Origin: Nitrospirota bacterium
Lineage (GTDB): Bacteria; Nitrospirota; JACRHJ01
Reading direction: 5' to 3'
DNA: 64,000 bases
NCBI GenBank assembly: GCA_963733375.1
Contig: CAVTDB010000016.1
Span: 21,604 to 85,603, forward strand
This document shows positions 28,158-40,840 of this stretch, one piece after another. The translations under genes were made by a program, and so were the position numbers. Below the pieces are notes generated by a model. It was not told the origin of the DNA, ran no database searches, and was given only the letters and a program-made list of their open reading frames with translations. Positions within the stretch are counted from its first letter, which is position 1. Each line of letters starts with the position of its first letter.

Positions 28158-30670
28158 ATGCTTGAAAATGACTTACATCTGAACGAGCTGAAAGATTTTT
28201 TTTTCGCTATAATGGAGCTCGTAAAGAACACGTTTATAATCAGGCTCGGTGCCTATCCCGGCCTTAAAGAGCTGATCATCGCCATCCCCGCCTGGGCTTA
28301 TCTGTTTATCATACTATTCGCCATCTGGCTTATCTACATTACCCTGAAGTTCATAGGTGTCAGGGCCTACGGTTTTGCAATGAACACGCTCCACGGGTCC
28401 TCCCTCGGCACTACCATGGAGAATCGGAAGCTGTTATCGGAGGCCAGGAAACTGGCCAGGAAGAAGCAGCACGGGCGCGCGGCGGATTTATACTTGACCC
28501 TTCATGAAGACGGCAAGGCCGCGAAGGTGCTGGAGAAAGGCGGGCTTCTCGCGAAGGCGGGGCAGATGTACGAGAAGATGGGCCAGACGGATAAGGCGAT
28601 AGCCCTCTACGAGAAGGCCGGAGAGCATTCCTGGCATGCCGACGCCCTGCTGAAGCAGGGGAAATATGCCGAGGCCGCCGAGATACTGCGCAAGGCCGGT
28701 AAACCGATGCTGGCGGCGGAGGCCTATGAGAAGGCGGAGATGCATACGGAGGCGGCGCGGCTTTTTGAAGAGTCCGGCCATACGGTAGCCGCCGCAATGC
28801 ATTTCGAGAAGGCGGGAAATCTGGAAAAGGCCGCCGTCTATTACGACCGCGCGTTCGTCGAGACGACCTCTTCCAAGGAAATGAACATAGCGAATATCGA
28901 GAAGTACAACGAGTACTCGATAAAGGCCGGCAAATATTACCGCGAGACAGGCGATAATATGAAGGCCCTCGAATGTTACGCCCGCGTAAAGGCGTACCCG
29001 GAAGCCGCCGAGTGCGCGCTTCAGGCGGGCGACAAGATGAAGGCCGCCGAGCTTTTCGAGTCCGGGAAGCTGTACGAGCAGGCGGCGGAAATATTCGGGG
29101 AGCTTGGAAACGCGCGCCGCGCCGCCGAACTTATGGCCGATAAATATTTCGCTGACGGCAATTACGTGAAGGCCGCGGACATGCTGGCTGAGTCGAGCGA
29201 TTTCATAAAGGCGGCGGAACTCTATCACGGCGCCGGAGAGTACGGCAAAGCCGGAGAGTGCTACATGCAAAGCCGCGAGTATTACGACGCGGCGGGGATG
29301 TTCGAGAAGGCGGGAGACGATTTACGGGCCGCCGTCGCATACGATAAGAACGGGGATTTCAAAATCTCCGCTGAATTGTATCTGAAGCTTGGAAACGTCG
29401 ACAAGGCCGCTTCGCTGGTAGAGGCGGCGGGAGAGTATTTCTCCGCGGCGGAGATGTTCAGAAAGGCCGGATCTGCCTGCCAAGGAGTTCTCCGCGCTCC
29501 AGAAGGTGCGCCAGGGCGACCCCGGCTACCTGAACGCCTGCGGCAGGATGGCGGACATATTGCGTGAGCAGGGAAAGCTGGACGTCGCGGCGCAGAAATA
29601 TATAATAGCGATCGGCGATTCCGAGCCGGACGAGGAAAATATCGGTTATTTCTACGGCCTGGGCACCATATACGAATCAGACGGGAAATTTAAAGAAGCC
29701 GTCCAGATGTACAAGAAGATACAGCTGGTGGATATCGCATACAAAGACGTTGAAGAGCGCGTAACCAAGTGCGAAGGTCAAATCTCCGCACCCGGCTCCA
29801 GGGCCGGTATCCGGCGCCGGGAAATTCGGCGGGCCAGCCTGATTCAAGCGCCGCCGCCGTCAGCACGTCCGATCAGTCCAAGAGATATACGATACTTCAG
29901 GAGATAGGCCGGGGCGGGATGGGCGTGGTTTACAAGGCGATGGACAATAACTTAAACCGCATCATCGCCATAAAACTCCTGCCGAAAAGTATCAGCGACA
30001 ACCCTAAAGCGATAATGCGGTTTTCGCAGGAGGCGCGTTCCGCGGCACAGCTAAATAACAGCAACATCGTAACTCTCTACGACTTCCAGCAGGCGGGCGG
30101 CAGGAGCTTCATTACGATGGAGTACGTCGAGGGCGTCACTCTGAGGAAGCTCCAGTCGATGGTGGACCGTGTGGCCATGGCCAAGGCGCTGAAGATTATC
30201 TACCAGTGCTGCCAGGGGCTCGATTACGCCCACAGAAAAGGTATTATCCACCGGGACATCAAGCCCAGCAACATAATGATAACCAAGCAGAACGTGGTCA
30301 AGATAATGGATTTCGGGCTGGCCAAGAGTCGCCGGAGAAGAGACCTTGACGGACGCCGGGTCCATAAGCGGCACGATAATGTACATGTCGCCCGAACAGA
30401 TACAGGGCGGCAAACTCGGCCGCACGACGGACATATACTCGCTGGGGCTGGTCCTGTACGAGCTGATTGCAGGGAAGCGCCCGTTCCCGGAAGGCGACGC
30501 GGGGTACCACCACGTCCACACGGCGCCGGCGCCGCCGGCCCGAGCTCAGGCCGGAAATTCCCGCCAGCCTGAACCAGGTAATCATGAAATGCCTTGAGAA
30601 GGACCCGTCCAAAAGGTTCGAAAGCGCGTACGCCCTGGCGATGGCGCTCCGTGAAATACCGCTGAAATAA
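28158..30670 (+). CDS. Membrane-anchored helical-repeat protein with C-terminal Hanks Ser/Thr kinase (about four frameshifts)
   Basis: TM, many AAxxYEKAG-type repeats, IGRGGMGVVY, HRDIKPSN, DFGLAK, YMSPEQ; joining the fragments is inferred. Confidence 0.8.
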
Positions 30671-30710
30671 CGGCGGCCCGAGTTCTTTGCTCTGGTTTCG
30701 TGGAAATCTA

Positions 30711-33264
30711 ATGCGACGTCCTCTGGTTATCCCTGCCGTCTCCCTGGCCTGCGGCATTGCCGCGGCTAAGGGATTTCAGTTTTTGCCGTTAACGGTTTCC
30801 GCGCTCTCGGCGGTCTCATTCTTCATCTTTTTTCTCCTGTCCAAACCAGTCCTTCACGAAACGCGGACACGGTTTATCTCCATTTCCGCTTTATGCTTCC
30901 TGGCCGGGTTCGCCGCGTTCTATCTGTATGGGCCGGGCGCTCCTTCCGCCTCCGCCCTGCTTGCCGGGAAGGGGCCGGTCATGCTTACGGCCAGGGTAAC
31001 GCACCCGCCGGAGGAGAGCGGCGGCAATACGCGGTTAGTCCTCGAACCTGTCGGCTCCGTCTCTTTCCCGGGAAGAAAAGGTCTGATACTCCTGTCGGTC
31101 AAGGGCGTCGGTCTGGGCATCCGTTATGGAGACGTCATCCGCGGGACTGCCGCGCTTCAGAAGCCGAGGGGTTTTCGCAACTTCGGCGAATTCGACCGGG
31201 CCCGGTATGCGGAAGACGAAGGCGTAGGACGCGCAAGGTTATGTGAAGCCGGACGATATTTCGATAATGGGCCGGGGGGGCGGGATATTTTCGTGGCTTT
31301 ACGGCTTCAGGCTCCGGCTCTCCAGGCTGGCCCTATCGAGTCTTCCCGGGGAGCAGGCGGCGCTTTTCAACGCGATGGTGCTGGGCGACCAGAACGCGGT
31401 GACGGATGAGATGCGGGACGCTTTTTCCGCATCCGGGACGACGCACATATTGTCGGTGTCCGGCTCGCATGTCGCGCTGTTCTCGTCCGTCGTTTTCGGG
31501 CTGGTCCTGGCCCTTTCATACATCTTCCCGTACCGCCTGGCCCTCCGGCTGAGCCTGTTCATGGACAGGCGCAAAGCCGCCGCCCTGGCCGCGATACCGG
31601 CGGCCGCCGCGTATTCACTCCTTGCCGGGGCGCAGGTGGCGACGGTGCGCTCTATCCTTATGATCGCGGTTTTCCTTATCGCCGTAATTATCGACCGCGA
31701 GACGGACAGCCTTCAACGTCCTGGCCGCGGCCGCCATATTCGTCCTGGTCCCGGACCCTTCCGCGCTCTTCGATATCTCCTTCCAGCTCTCTTACGGCTC
31801 GGTCCTTTTTATGGCCCTCGCGGTAATCAAGATGAAGGATTACGCCAAAGGGAAAAAGGCGGCTTCTTCTCAAAAATGAAGAACTGGCTCTTCCTTACAT
31901 GCATTACCTCCCTGGCCGTCCTCGCGGGTACCGCCCCTTTAGTCGCAAAAGATTTCAACTCCTTTTCCTGGGTATCCATCCCGGCAAACATAGCGGTAAT
32001 CCCGTTCGCGGGGTTTATACTGGTCCCGGCGGGGCTTTTGTCGGCCCTGATTTATGCCATCCACCCCGCCGCCCTGCCGTTTAAGACCCTCATCTCGTTT
32101 TTATTCGGCGCGTTTTATAAGATCGTGGCGTTTTTCGCCGCCGCGCCGCACGCAAACCTCCGGCCGCCCGCGCCCGCGCTTCCGCTCCTGTTGTTGATTT
32201 ACGCCGTGTTCTTTTTATTTTTCATCCGCAAAAAAACGGCCGGACCAGACGCCGGCATAACGCCCGGCGCATCCGGCAGCTACAAAATTACCGGACGAAA
32301 AAAGGAAGTCGCTATCGCGGCCAGCGCCGCCGCATTCCTGGCCTTTGGCATTATGCCCGTCCATGAAAAAAAGATGGAGGTCGCATTCCTCGACGTGGGG
32401 CATGGCGACGCCTGCCTTCTAAGCCTGCCGGACGGGAAACATATCCTGGTGGACGGCGGCGGCAAGGACTTCGACAGTGCGGGCATAGACCCGGGCCGTG
32501 CCGCGGTGGCGCCGTTCTTATGGAACCGGGGGATAAGGAAGCTGGACGCGGTCCTCCTGACGCATCCGCACCCCGACCATATGAACGGCCTGGTGTATAT
32601 CTTTCAGAATTTCGATGTGGGCGAGCTATGGGAATCCGGCCTCGCATCCCGCTCCGAAGGGTACAGGGAACTTCAGAGACTGGCCATAGAGAAGGGAGTG
32701 CGCCGGAAAATCTTCAGGGGCCGCGGAAGCTTTAACCTGGACGGCGTCCAGTTCCAGGTGCTGAACAATGCCGCGTGTCCGATAGCCGACGAAGGCAAGC
32801 CGGTCTATTGGCTGGAGAACGACCGCTCCGTGGCGCTCCGGGTGAAATACAAAGAGGTCTCATTTTTTCTGGGCGCCGATTTACAGTTGGAGGCGGAGGA
32901 AGCGTTGCTTAACGCCAAGCCGCCGCTGCCGCTCAGATCGACCGTTATGAAGGTCCCGCACCACGGCGGGAGGACGGCGATGTCGCCCGAGTTCGCCCTC
33001 GCGGTAAAGCCTGAATATGCGGTTATATCGGAAGGGAACATAAAGGCATATCCCGCCCCGTCTCCGGAAGCGCTGGCCGACCTTCGGGCGGCGGGGTCGA
33101 AGATATTCATTACCAACAGGGACGGGGCGGCAATTTTCCTGACTGACGGGAAGACCATCGAGTCGGCGTCATATGAAGACCTCTCGCTTAAGCCGGCGGG
33201 CGGCGGCGAAGAAGTGCAAAACCTGCTGCGGCTTAAAAGACTGCTATCTTATAATTTCCTCTAA
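30711..33264 (+). CDS. comEC: Competence protein ComEC/Rec2 (frameshifted)
   Basis: HILSVSGSHV, DVGHGD, THPHPDH, KVPHHG. Confidence 0.92.
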
Positions 33265-33882
33265 GTCCTCTACCGTATCGGCAAAAAAATCCGGCCCCGC
33301 TTCGATGAGCGTCTCTTTTTTGCCGTAGCCGTAACCCACCAGAGCGCATCTGACCGGGCGGCGCGCGCGGCGAGCAGGTCGTTTATAGAGTCGCCCACCA
33401 TGACCGCCTCGTCCGGCTGTACGTCCATTTCCTTAAGCGCCAGCAGCAGTATCGCCGGGTCCGGCTTTACCGGTATGCCGGGCTTCCAGCCTTTAACGCT
33501 CGAAAACAGGCCGGAGAGCCCCAGGCCCTGCAATATCAACTCCGCGTGCGTGAGCGGCTTGTTTGTCGCAACCGCGAGCTTCAGACCGGACATTGACTTC
33601 AAGAGACTGCGGTATCCCCGCGTAGGGAACGGTGGTGTCCAGGACGTGGTCTTTGTAAATCAGCCAGAACCTCTCCACCCCCTCGTCCACTCTATTCGCC
33701 TGCCCCGGAGGAAGAGAGGCGAGGACGAGCTTGTAGACCCCGCCCCCGATGAAACCGTATATATCTTCTTCTATCCGGGGGGCAAAACCCATATCCTCAA
33801 GCATCCTGTTCACGGAGCTTGCGATGTCGCGCCGGGAATCGATCAGCGTCCCGTCCAGATCGAAAAGTACTGCCTTCGGCAT
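33244..33882 (-). CDS. gph: HAD phosphoglycolate phosphatase-like (frameshifted)
   Basis: FDLDGTLIDS, ATNK, KPDP, MVGDS..D. Confidence 0.85.
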
Positions 33883-33931
33883 ATCCCGTTCCTGTCTTTC
33901 AAAATCAGGTAAAAACTGCGCAAAACGCATA

Positions 33932-33959
33932 AAAAAAGCCCCGGCCCGAAGGCCGGGGC
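33932..33959 (-). terminator. Intrinsic terminator after S8 protease
   Basis: GCCCCGGCC-ttcg-GGCCGGGGC-TTTTTTT on minus strand. Confidence 0.8.
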
Positions 33960-33968
33960 ATTGATCTG

Positions 33969-36712
33969 CTACTGACCAACTACCGTAAGCGTGGCTGTGG
34001 CGGGCGAGGGGGTCGCGGTATATAGAACATTCGGTGTGACCGATTCAAGGTTACCCGGCGTGGGTTCGCCCAGATATGCATTGAGGTAATATTTTGCACT
34101 CTGGACGTCATCGATCACGAAATTGCCGGTTGTTGGATCGTATGTCGCGCGTCTGATGGTGGGCCCTGACGCCGTGACCGTGTATGCGGTATAATCTGGA
34201 ATGGTGGTCCCGGTTTTAGGGACTATTTTTACTACTATCTTACTGGGGCTGAAAGGAGCGTACGAAGTCTGCGCTGTATCAGGCTGGGCCACCTGTGAGT
34301 CCAGAGGCCCGGTAATAACCAGAGCGTATGGCTGGGGGCCCATAGGGACGTTCAAGGCATGGACCTGAACGATAAAATCTCCGCCTCCATAGCTGGTAAA
34401 CTCTATGCTCCGGACATTGTCATTGGTGTCGTACACCGAGGTATCTGGCGAATAAATCGGCGCATTAGGGTCAAAATACGGCGGTTTTTCACTGACTGGT
34501 ATAGAGTTCGTCTCCGACGAAACATGCGCAAAGTGATCCGGGTTTATTACCGTCAGCTCCAGGTGGTTCACCAACTCGGTCGCAGCCGCCGGAGTCCCCG
34601 GGTAATCCGTCCAGACCAGCGTCACCCGGACAGTCCCAAAGACATTTTTTAAGCTAAAGCAGTAATCCGCTCCGGCATAAGGCCCCCCTGTCTTAAAGCC
34701 GGGGGTTACATCCTTAAAAACGAGAATGCTGTCCGAAGGGTTCGTCAGTGCGGCGCCGTCCGTCTCGCCCGGATATAACGCGTTCATAATGTCCAGCCTG
34801 CCCCAGCCCTGGTGGAAGTCCGGGCGCATCATGGGCAGGAGCGAGGGCTGGAGATCGATAATTCCCCGACCTCGGGGTGCCGATATTAACAGCTCCATTT
34901 ATAAGGGTGGCCTTCACGAGGGCGGCCGAAGGGTTTATCCCGTAGAAATCGTGATAGTATTGTTCCACGAGCCCCGCCGCGCCGCTTGCCAATGGGGCAG
35001 CATAACTAGTGCCCCCATCAATGTCATCGGGATATGTGAAATCACCTATGTAATCAGGCAAATGAGTCAACGTTGAAGATACCATTGTGCCCGGTGCGAC
35101 CAGGTCCGGCTTTACCCTGCCGTCGGCGGTCGGCCCCCTGCCGCTGAAAGCCGCGACGTTCGCTGTTCCCCCGGAATAGATTCCCCCGGAATAGTCACGA
35201 CCAAGAATGGGAGACACATTACCGGCAGTGCTGCTGGGGTCATTATGGAAACGTCTATAATCAAGGATAGAGTTATACTTCACCGATGATTGTCCTCGAA
35301 CTTTCACTTGCCCCCACGGTCAGGCAATTTTTCGCGGTCGCCGGCGGGGAAATCGAGTCCAGGTCCACAATTCCGTCCGGTTGGGATACATGGATGCCAG
35401 AATATATCCCGTAGCCGGGATAGTTCGCCTTATGATCGCTGGCCCAATTCCCGGCGGAAAATACCGGGAGAAAATCCTTGTTCGCCCATACGAAGGTATC
35501 CACAGTCCAGGCAGTGAGGTTATATGCGCCTAACTCGCCGCCAGCGCCGTTATCTTCCCAGCTGTCGTTATGTATCCTTACCCCCTTGCTATACGCGTCC
35601 TTGAACACGGTGCTCATAGGCGGCGTAAGCATGTAATCCGCATAGCACTGGCCGCTCTGCACGAACAAAGATGCCTGTGGCGCGACACCGCCAAAGCTGG
35701 ACCAGTTCCCAAACGAAGGCGTAGCATAGCCGGTCATTATCCCCGCCACGAAGGTGCCGTGGCCATACTCATCGGACCAGTTGTTGTCGCCCCGGTAGGC
35801 CAAGCCGCCTGTCACTTTATAATGCCCGTTCTTAAGCATTTCAAAAGCGGGCTGATTCATCCCGATGCCTGCCATACCGTTATCGAGGCCGCTGTCCAGA
35901 ATGCCCAGCGTCTGGCCATTGCCGTCGAGGGGCCTTCCCTGAATGGACTGCGCGGCAAGCGCCCCGACGATGGGTTTAGTCATATTATTGCAGAAAGCAA
36001 CCCCATTGTATTCCTCTACCCACTCCACCTGCGGGATGTTCGCCACCTGCCCCACATTAGACGACGGCAAAACCACCTGGAGGAGTTTTTGGTTAAGCCC
36101 GTTTCCGTTCTGTAGAACTTTTACCTTATAATGTACTTTCTTCCCCCTGATTATTTCCTGCTGCTCGATCGCGCCCAATCTCTTAAGCTTGTTTATCACC
36201 GGCCTGATGGGTTCCCTGTCGAAAAGTTTCAAGCGCAGGGTTATGGACGGCACGGCCGCGAGCATAGCCTGGGAGCTGGTAACCGTCGATACCTTGGCAT
36301 CCAGCGACTTCGGCGTCTTGTATTCCGGCCTGTACGGTCCGATGTACTGGACGTGCGGCCTGAAGAGCATCGAGTTTACCATCTTCGGGTCTATCTTGAC
36401 TATGAAGGCGTTTTCCGGGATATAGGAGAAAAATTCCACCCCCGCGTCATGAAGGCCCTGTTTCCACTCCGGCATTACCGGACCGTCGAACTGCAGAATG
36501 TAAAAATTATTCTGGTCATTCTGGTTATTTTGGGCCCCCAGAGAGGCCGGTGCCGTCAGAACAGAATCGACTCTCGTATCGACGGTGGCCTTGAGCAGCC
36601 TCAACTTGAATTTTTCATCGGCTTTGAGAGGGTTTTCAGAAGCTCCCGCGGAAGGAACGTAACTTAAAATGGCCAGCAACGCAAATAAAACGGCAAAAAA
36701 ATTCTTTTGCAT
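33969..36712 (-). CDS. Secreted S8 subtilisin-like protease with prodomain and C-terminal beta domains (two frameshifts)
   Basis: Signal peptide; ILDSG, YGHGT, SAGN, KPDLVAPG, GGTSYAAP, LVWTDYP. Confidence 0.88.
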
Positions 36713-36864
36713 CTCGCCTCCTTTAAAACGTACAACTATTATTAAATGAGAATGAATCAAATCTTAGTTTATTTTGAAAACAATTGCAATTAGTTTCTAA
36801 GATATTAAAAAACCTTAACGTTTTTTGTACAAATAGTTTTATAGGCGAAATATTACTCCGTTTT

Positions 36865-36893
36865 TTGACACCTCCACCCGTTTCTGTTATAGT
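36865..36893 (+). promoter_or_regulatory. sigma70 promoter
   Basis: TTGACA-N17-TATAGT with extended -10 TG. Confidence 0.7.
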
Positions 36894-36960
36894 TTTCTAA
36901 CTGAGTTCTCCTCTTTGAAAGAATATTTCTCACATAAAGAAGCAGGACGGAGCCGTATCA

Positions 36961-38049
36961 ATGAACAGGTCAGAACTGCAAAAGCTTGAAGACAATGAAC
37001 TCTCCGCAATTGCGAAAAAGCTCGGAGTAAAGATTAAGAAGGGCGCAAAACGGTCGGAAATAATCAAGCTGTTGCTGCTATCCAGCGCCAAAGAGCCTGC
37101 AAAGAAAAAAGCAGTGGCGGCGCCTGCCGCCCCGTCTCATCCTCAGGAAGAGCCTCACGTATCCCGTGAGGAGCATATCATCCAGAGCGGACAGCAGGAA
37201 GTGGAGGAGAGCAAGTTCTATACCGGAGTGCCGCCTGAAGAGTTCCGCCTGCCTTCCGAACTCCCGTATCATTACGGGGACGACAGCATAACTTTGATGG
37301 TCCGGGACCCGCACTGGACTTATTCATACTGGGAAGTCTCACATAAGAAACTGGAATCCGAACGCGGGCGCCTGGGCAAGGCCGGAGACGACGCCTATCT
37401 CGCCCTTCGGGTGTATGACGTGACGGATATAGATTTCGACGGCTCAAACGACCACGGCCATTACGATATCGGCATTTACGAAAGGGTCGGGAACTGGTAT
37501 ATAAATACCGGGATACCGGGCAGGTCCTTTATCGTGGACCTGGGGCTCAAGACTCAGGACGGAAGGTTCATAACGCTCGCCCGATCAAACTCCGTCAGGA
37601 CGCCAAGGGATGAGGTATCCGAGGTAATGGACGAGGAATGGATGGTCCCGGACAAGGATTTCGAGAGGATATTCGCCCTCTCCGGCGGGATGAGCACCTT
37701 GACCGGCGCCTCGTCCGCCGACGTGCGCATTGCCGGCGGCCAGAGGATACCTTTCGGCATATCGTCGCCTGGCATGGGCTCGCTTGCCCTCATGTCGCCT
37801 GTCAAGAAGAGGCAGAGGGCGTTCTGGTTCGTGCTTAACGCGGAACTGATAGTCTATGGCGCGACCGAACCCGACGCGAAGGTAAGCGTGCAGGGACGGC
37901 CCGTCACCCTCCGCCCAGACGGCACCTTTACCCTTCGCTTCGCCCTGCCGGACGGCACGCAGGTCATACCCTGCTCCGCTACTTCGGCGGACGAAGTCGA
38001 AACGAGATGGATAATACCTGAAGTTACCAGGTCCACCAAAGCAATCTAA
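36961..38049 (+). CDS. DUF4912 domain protein with Rho-N-like N-terminus
   Basis: LMVRDPHW.YSYWE, LARSNSV.TP, AELIVYGATEPDA; paired with GH57. Confidence 0.85.
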   Translation: MNRSELQKLEDNELSAIAKKLGVKIKKGAKRSEIIKLLLLSSAKEPAKKKAVAAPAAPSHPQEEPHVSREEHIIQSGQQEVEESKFYTGVPPEEFRLPSELPYHYGDDSITLMVRDPHWTYSYWEVSHKKLESERGRLGKAGDDAYLALRVYDVTDIDFDGSNDHGHYDIGIYERVGNWYINTGIPGRSFIVDLGLKTQDGRFITLARSNSVRTPRDEVSEVMDEEWMVPDKDFERIFALSGGMSTLTGASSADVRIAGGQRIPFGISSPGMGSLALMSPVKKRQRAFWFVLNAELIVYGATEPDAKVSVQGRPVTLRPDGTFTLRFALPDGTQVIPCSATSADEVETRWIIPEVTRSTKAI

Positions 38050-38052
38050 GAG

Positions 38053-39652
38053 GTGTCGGTTTTGGAAAAAGGCTATCTTTCTATAGTCCTGCACGCCCAT
38101 CTTCCGTTCGTCAGGCACCCCGAGTACGAAGAGTTCCTGGAAGAGGATTGGCTCTACGAAGCCATCAGCGAGACCTATATCCCTCTCATAAACGTCTTCG
38201 ACTCCCTCGTACAGGACGGCGTGGACTTCCGCATCACGATGAGCCTCACACCGACGCTTATCGCCATGCTGACGGACCCTTTGCTGCAGGAACGCTACCT
38301 CCGCCACATTGGGAAGCTTATCGAGCTTTCCGAAAAAGAGGTGGAGCGCACCCGCTGGCAGCCGCAGTTCTTTGAGCTGGCCAGGATGTACCGCGAGCGG
38401 TTCAATAACTGCAAGTACGTCTTTGACACGAAGTACGGCAGGAACCTTGTAGCCGCATTTAAAAAATTCCAGGACATGGGCAAGCTGGAGATAATCACCT
38501 GCGCCGCCACTCACGGTTTCCTGCCGCTGATGGAACTGAACCCGAACGCGGTCCGCGCCCAGATAGAGATAGCGGCGCGGAACTACGAGAAGCACCTGGG
38601 CCGTCCGCCCAGGGGCATCTGGCTCCCGGAGTGCGGCTATTATCCGGGTCTCGAAGAGGTGTTGAAGCAGTACGGGATAAAGTTCTTCTTTACGGACAGC
38701 CACGGCATGCTTTACGCGAAGCCCAGGCCGAAATACGGCGTTTTCGCGCCCATATACTGTCCCAACGGGGTCGCCGCGTTCGGACGGGACCTTGAGTCCT
38801 CCAAACAGGTCTGGAGCGCGCAGGAAGGCTACCCCGGAGACTATTCCTACAGGGACTTCTACAGGGACGTGGGCTTTGATCTGGACTACGACTATATCCG
38901 CCCGTACCTGCACAGCGACGGCATCCGCACGAACATCGGCATCAAGTATCATCAGATAACCGGGCCGACGGACAACAAGGAGCCGTACGTCCGGGCGCGC
39001 GCGCTCGGCAAAGCCGCGGACCATGCCAGCAATTTCATGTTCAACCGTGAAAAGCAGGCCGAATACCTGGAGTCCATCATGGACAGGAAACCCATAATCG
39101 TCTCCCCATACGATGCGGAACTCTTCGGACACTGGTGGTTCGAGGGGCCGGAGTGGCTGGACTTCCTTTTCAGGAAGCTGCACTCACGACCAGGACACAA
39201 TCCGGCCCATCACGCCGATGGAGTACCTGGAGGAGAACCCGAGCAACCAGAAGGCGACTCCGTCTCTTTCGTCCTGGGGATACAAGGGTTATGCCGAGGT
39301 ATGGCTGGAAGGGTCGAACGACTGGGTATACCGTCACCTGCACAAGGCCGCGCAGAGGATGGTGGAACTGGCCCGGAATAATAATGCCAGCCGCGAATCC
39401 GACGGCTTGACGTTGCGCGCGCTGAACCAGGCGGCGCGGGAGCTGCTGCTCGCGCAGAGCTCGGACTGGGCCTTCATAATGAAGACCGGCACGATGGTCC
39501 AGTACGCCGTGAAACGCACGAAGGACCACATAAACAGCTTTAACGCGCTCTACGAGATGATTTCGGAGAAGAAGATAGACACGAAGTTCCTGGAAGACCT
39601 GGAGAGCAGGGACAATATATTTCCGGAACTGGACTATAAGGTTTACGCGTAG
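38053..39652 (+). CDS. GH57 1,4-alpha-glucan branching enzyme (DUF1957; frameshift about 39185)
   Basis: LHAHLPFVRH, WLPEC, YDAELFGHWWFEG, QSSDWAF. Confidence 0.93.
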
Positions 39653-39700
39653 AGGGCAGGGGTCAGAGGGGCAGGTGTCAGAGGCCTGGGAACAGGAAAA

Positions 39701-40816
39701 TTATTTGCCTCTGCCGCCCCCCGACGGCTGACCCCTGAAATCAATCAATACGCCGCTATCGTCGCGACCGCCGGAGTAAAGGTTCACGCCCGAAACCGCC
39801 GTCCCCAGGTCTTTCCCCTGGTCGGCCAGCCTCCCCAGGATAACCGAATACTCCGGCTCTTTTGCCTTAAGTATCCTGGGGTAGCCGCCCTTTTCGATTA
39901 GTACCGGTATCACGCTGACTTCCGCCGGGTCGTTGCTCCCGTCCTTATAGGTTATCTTCGCTATGACGCTCTCGTCGCCGGGCGGGTTTGCAGTCGAACT
40001 GGAAGTTCCCCAGGCTGTAGAATATCGGCTTGCCTTTGTAGAACTCCACCCCCTGCACCCTGTGCGGATGCGCCCCGATTATGAGGTCGGCGCCGGCGTC
40101 AATCAGATTCCGGGCGATATCCTTCTGCCGCTCGTGTCGGCGAATAAGCGGCCTCCACTCCCCAGTGCAGCATAAGGACCAGCACGTCGTCCGGGTAGTC
40201 CTTTCGCGCCGCCGTGACCTGGGAGAAAAGCTCCCCCTCGTCCTTCATGGAGAATATGCCGGGCTTCACGGGGGTCGCCTCGTAATTAAGCGGCACTACG
40301 TCCGAGGCGGATATGACGATAAATTTCCTCGTCCCCGACTCTATCACCGCCGGCTTCTCCGCGGCTTCCAGGTTTTCTCCCGCGCCCGCGGTCAGTATGC
40401 CCGCCGATTTCAGCCGCGTCAGAGTATCTTCGTACTCCTTGCTCCTGGTAGTCCAGCATGTGGTTGTTGGCAAGTGTCAGCGCCGTAAACCCGGCGTCCT
40501 TCAGGCCCAGGGCAACGTCTTCCCGGCACGAGCGGAACACGAATTCCCTCTTCGCCTTCAGGGCGTCCTCCGCCTTCGAGGGCGTCGGCTGGGAACATGA
40601 AGTGAGCGGGGTTTCGAGGTTGCCGATTAAAACGTCCGCCTTGAAGAGCGTTCGGGCCACGCCTTTGAATAGCGCCGGGACCGGGATTTCCCTCTTCACC
40701 CACGAAGGGTGCGGGCAGATGTCTCCGACAACCATGAGGACGGTTTCGTTAGCCGACGATATTTCGGGAGTAACGAGGGCGGAGATTAAAAGAGCGGCGA
40801 GAAGAAATTTCTTCAT
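39701..40816 (-). CDS. CapA family metallophosphoesterase (frameshifted)
   Basis: Signal peptide, [34 protein letters not shown]. Confidence 0.85.
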
Positions 40817-40840
40817 AACTACCTTCCGTGACTTCTAAAA

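Noticed and set aside
37585-39183. Long antisense ORFs (also 22445-23599, 53303-54421, 59599-60561)
   Set aside because: Shadow frames of GC-rich genes on the opposite strand with no motifs
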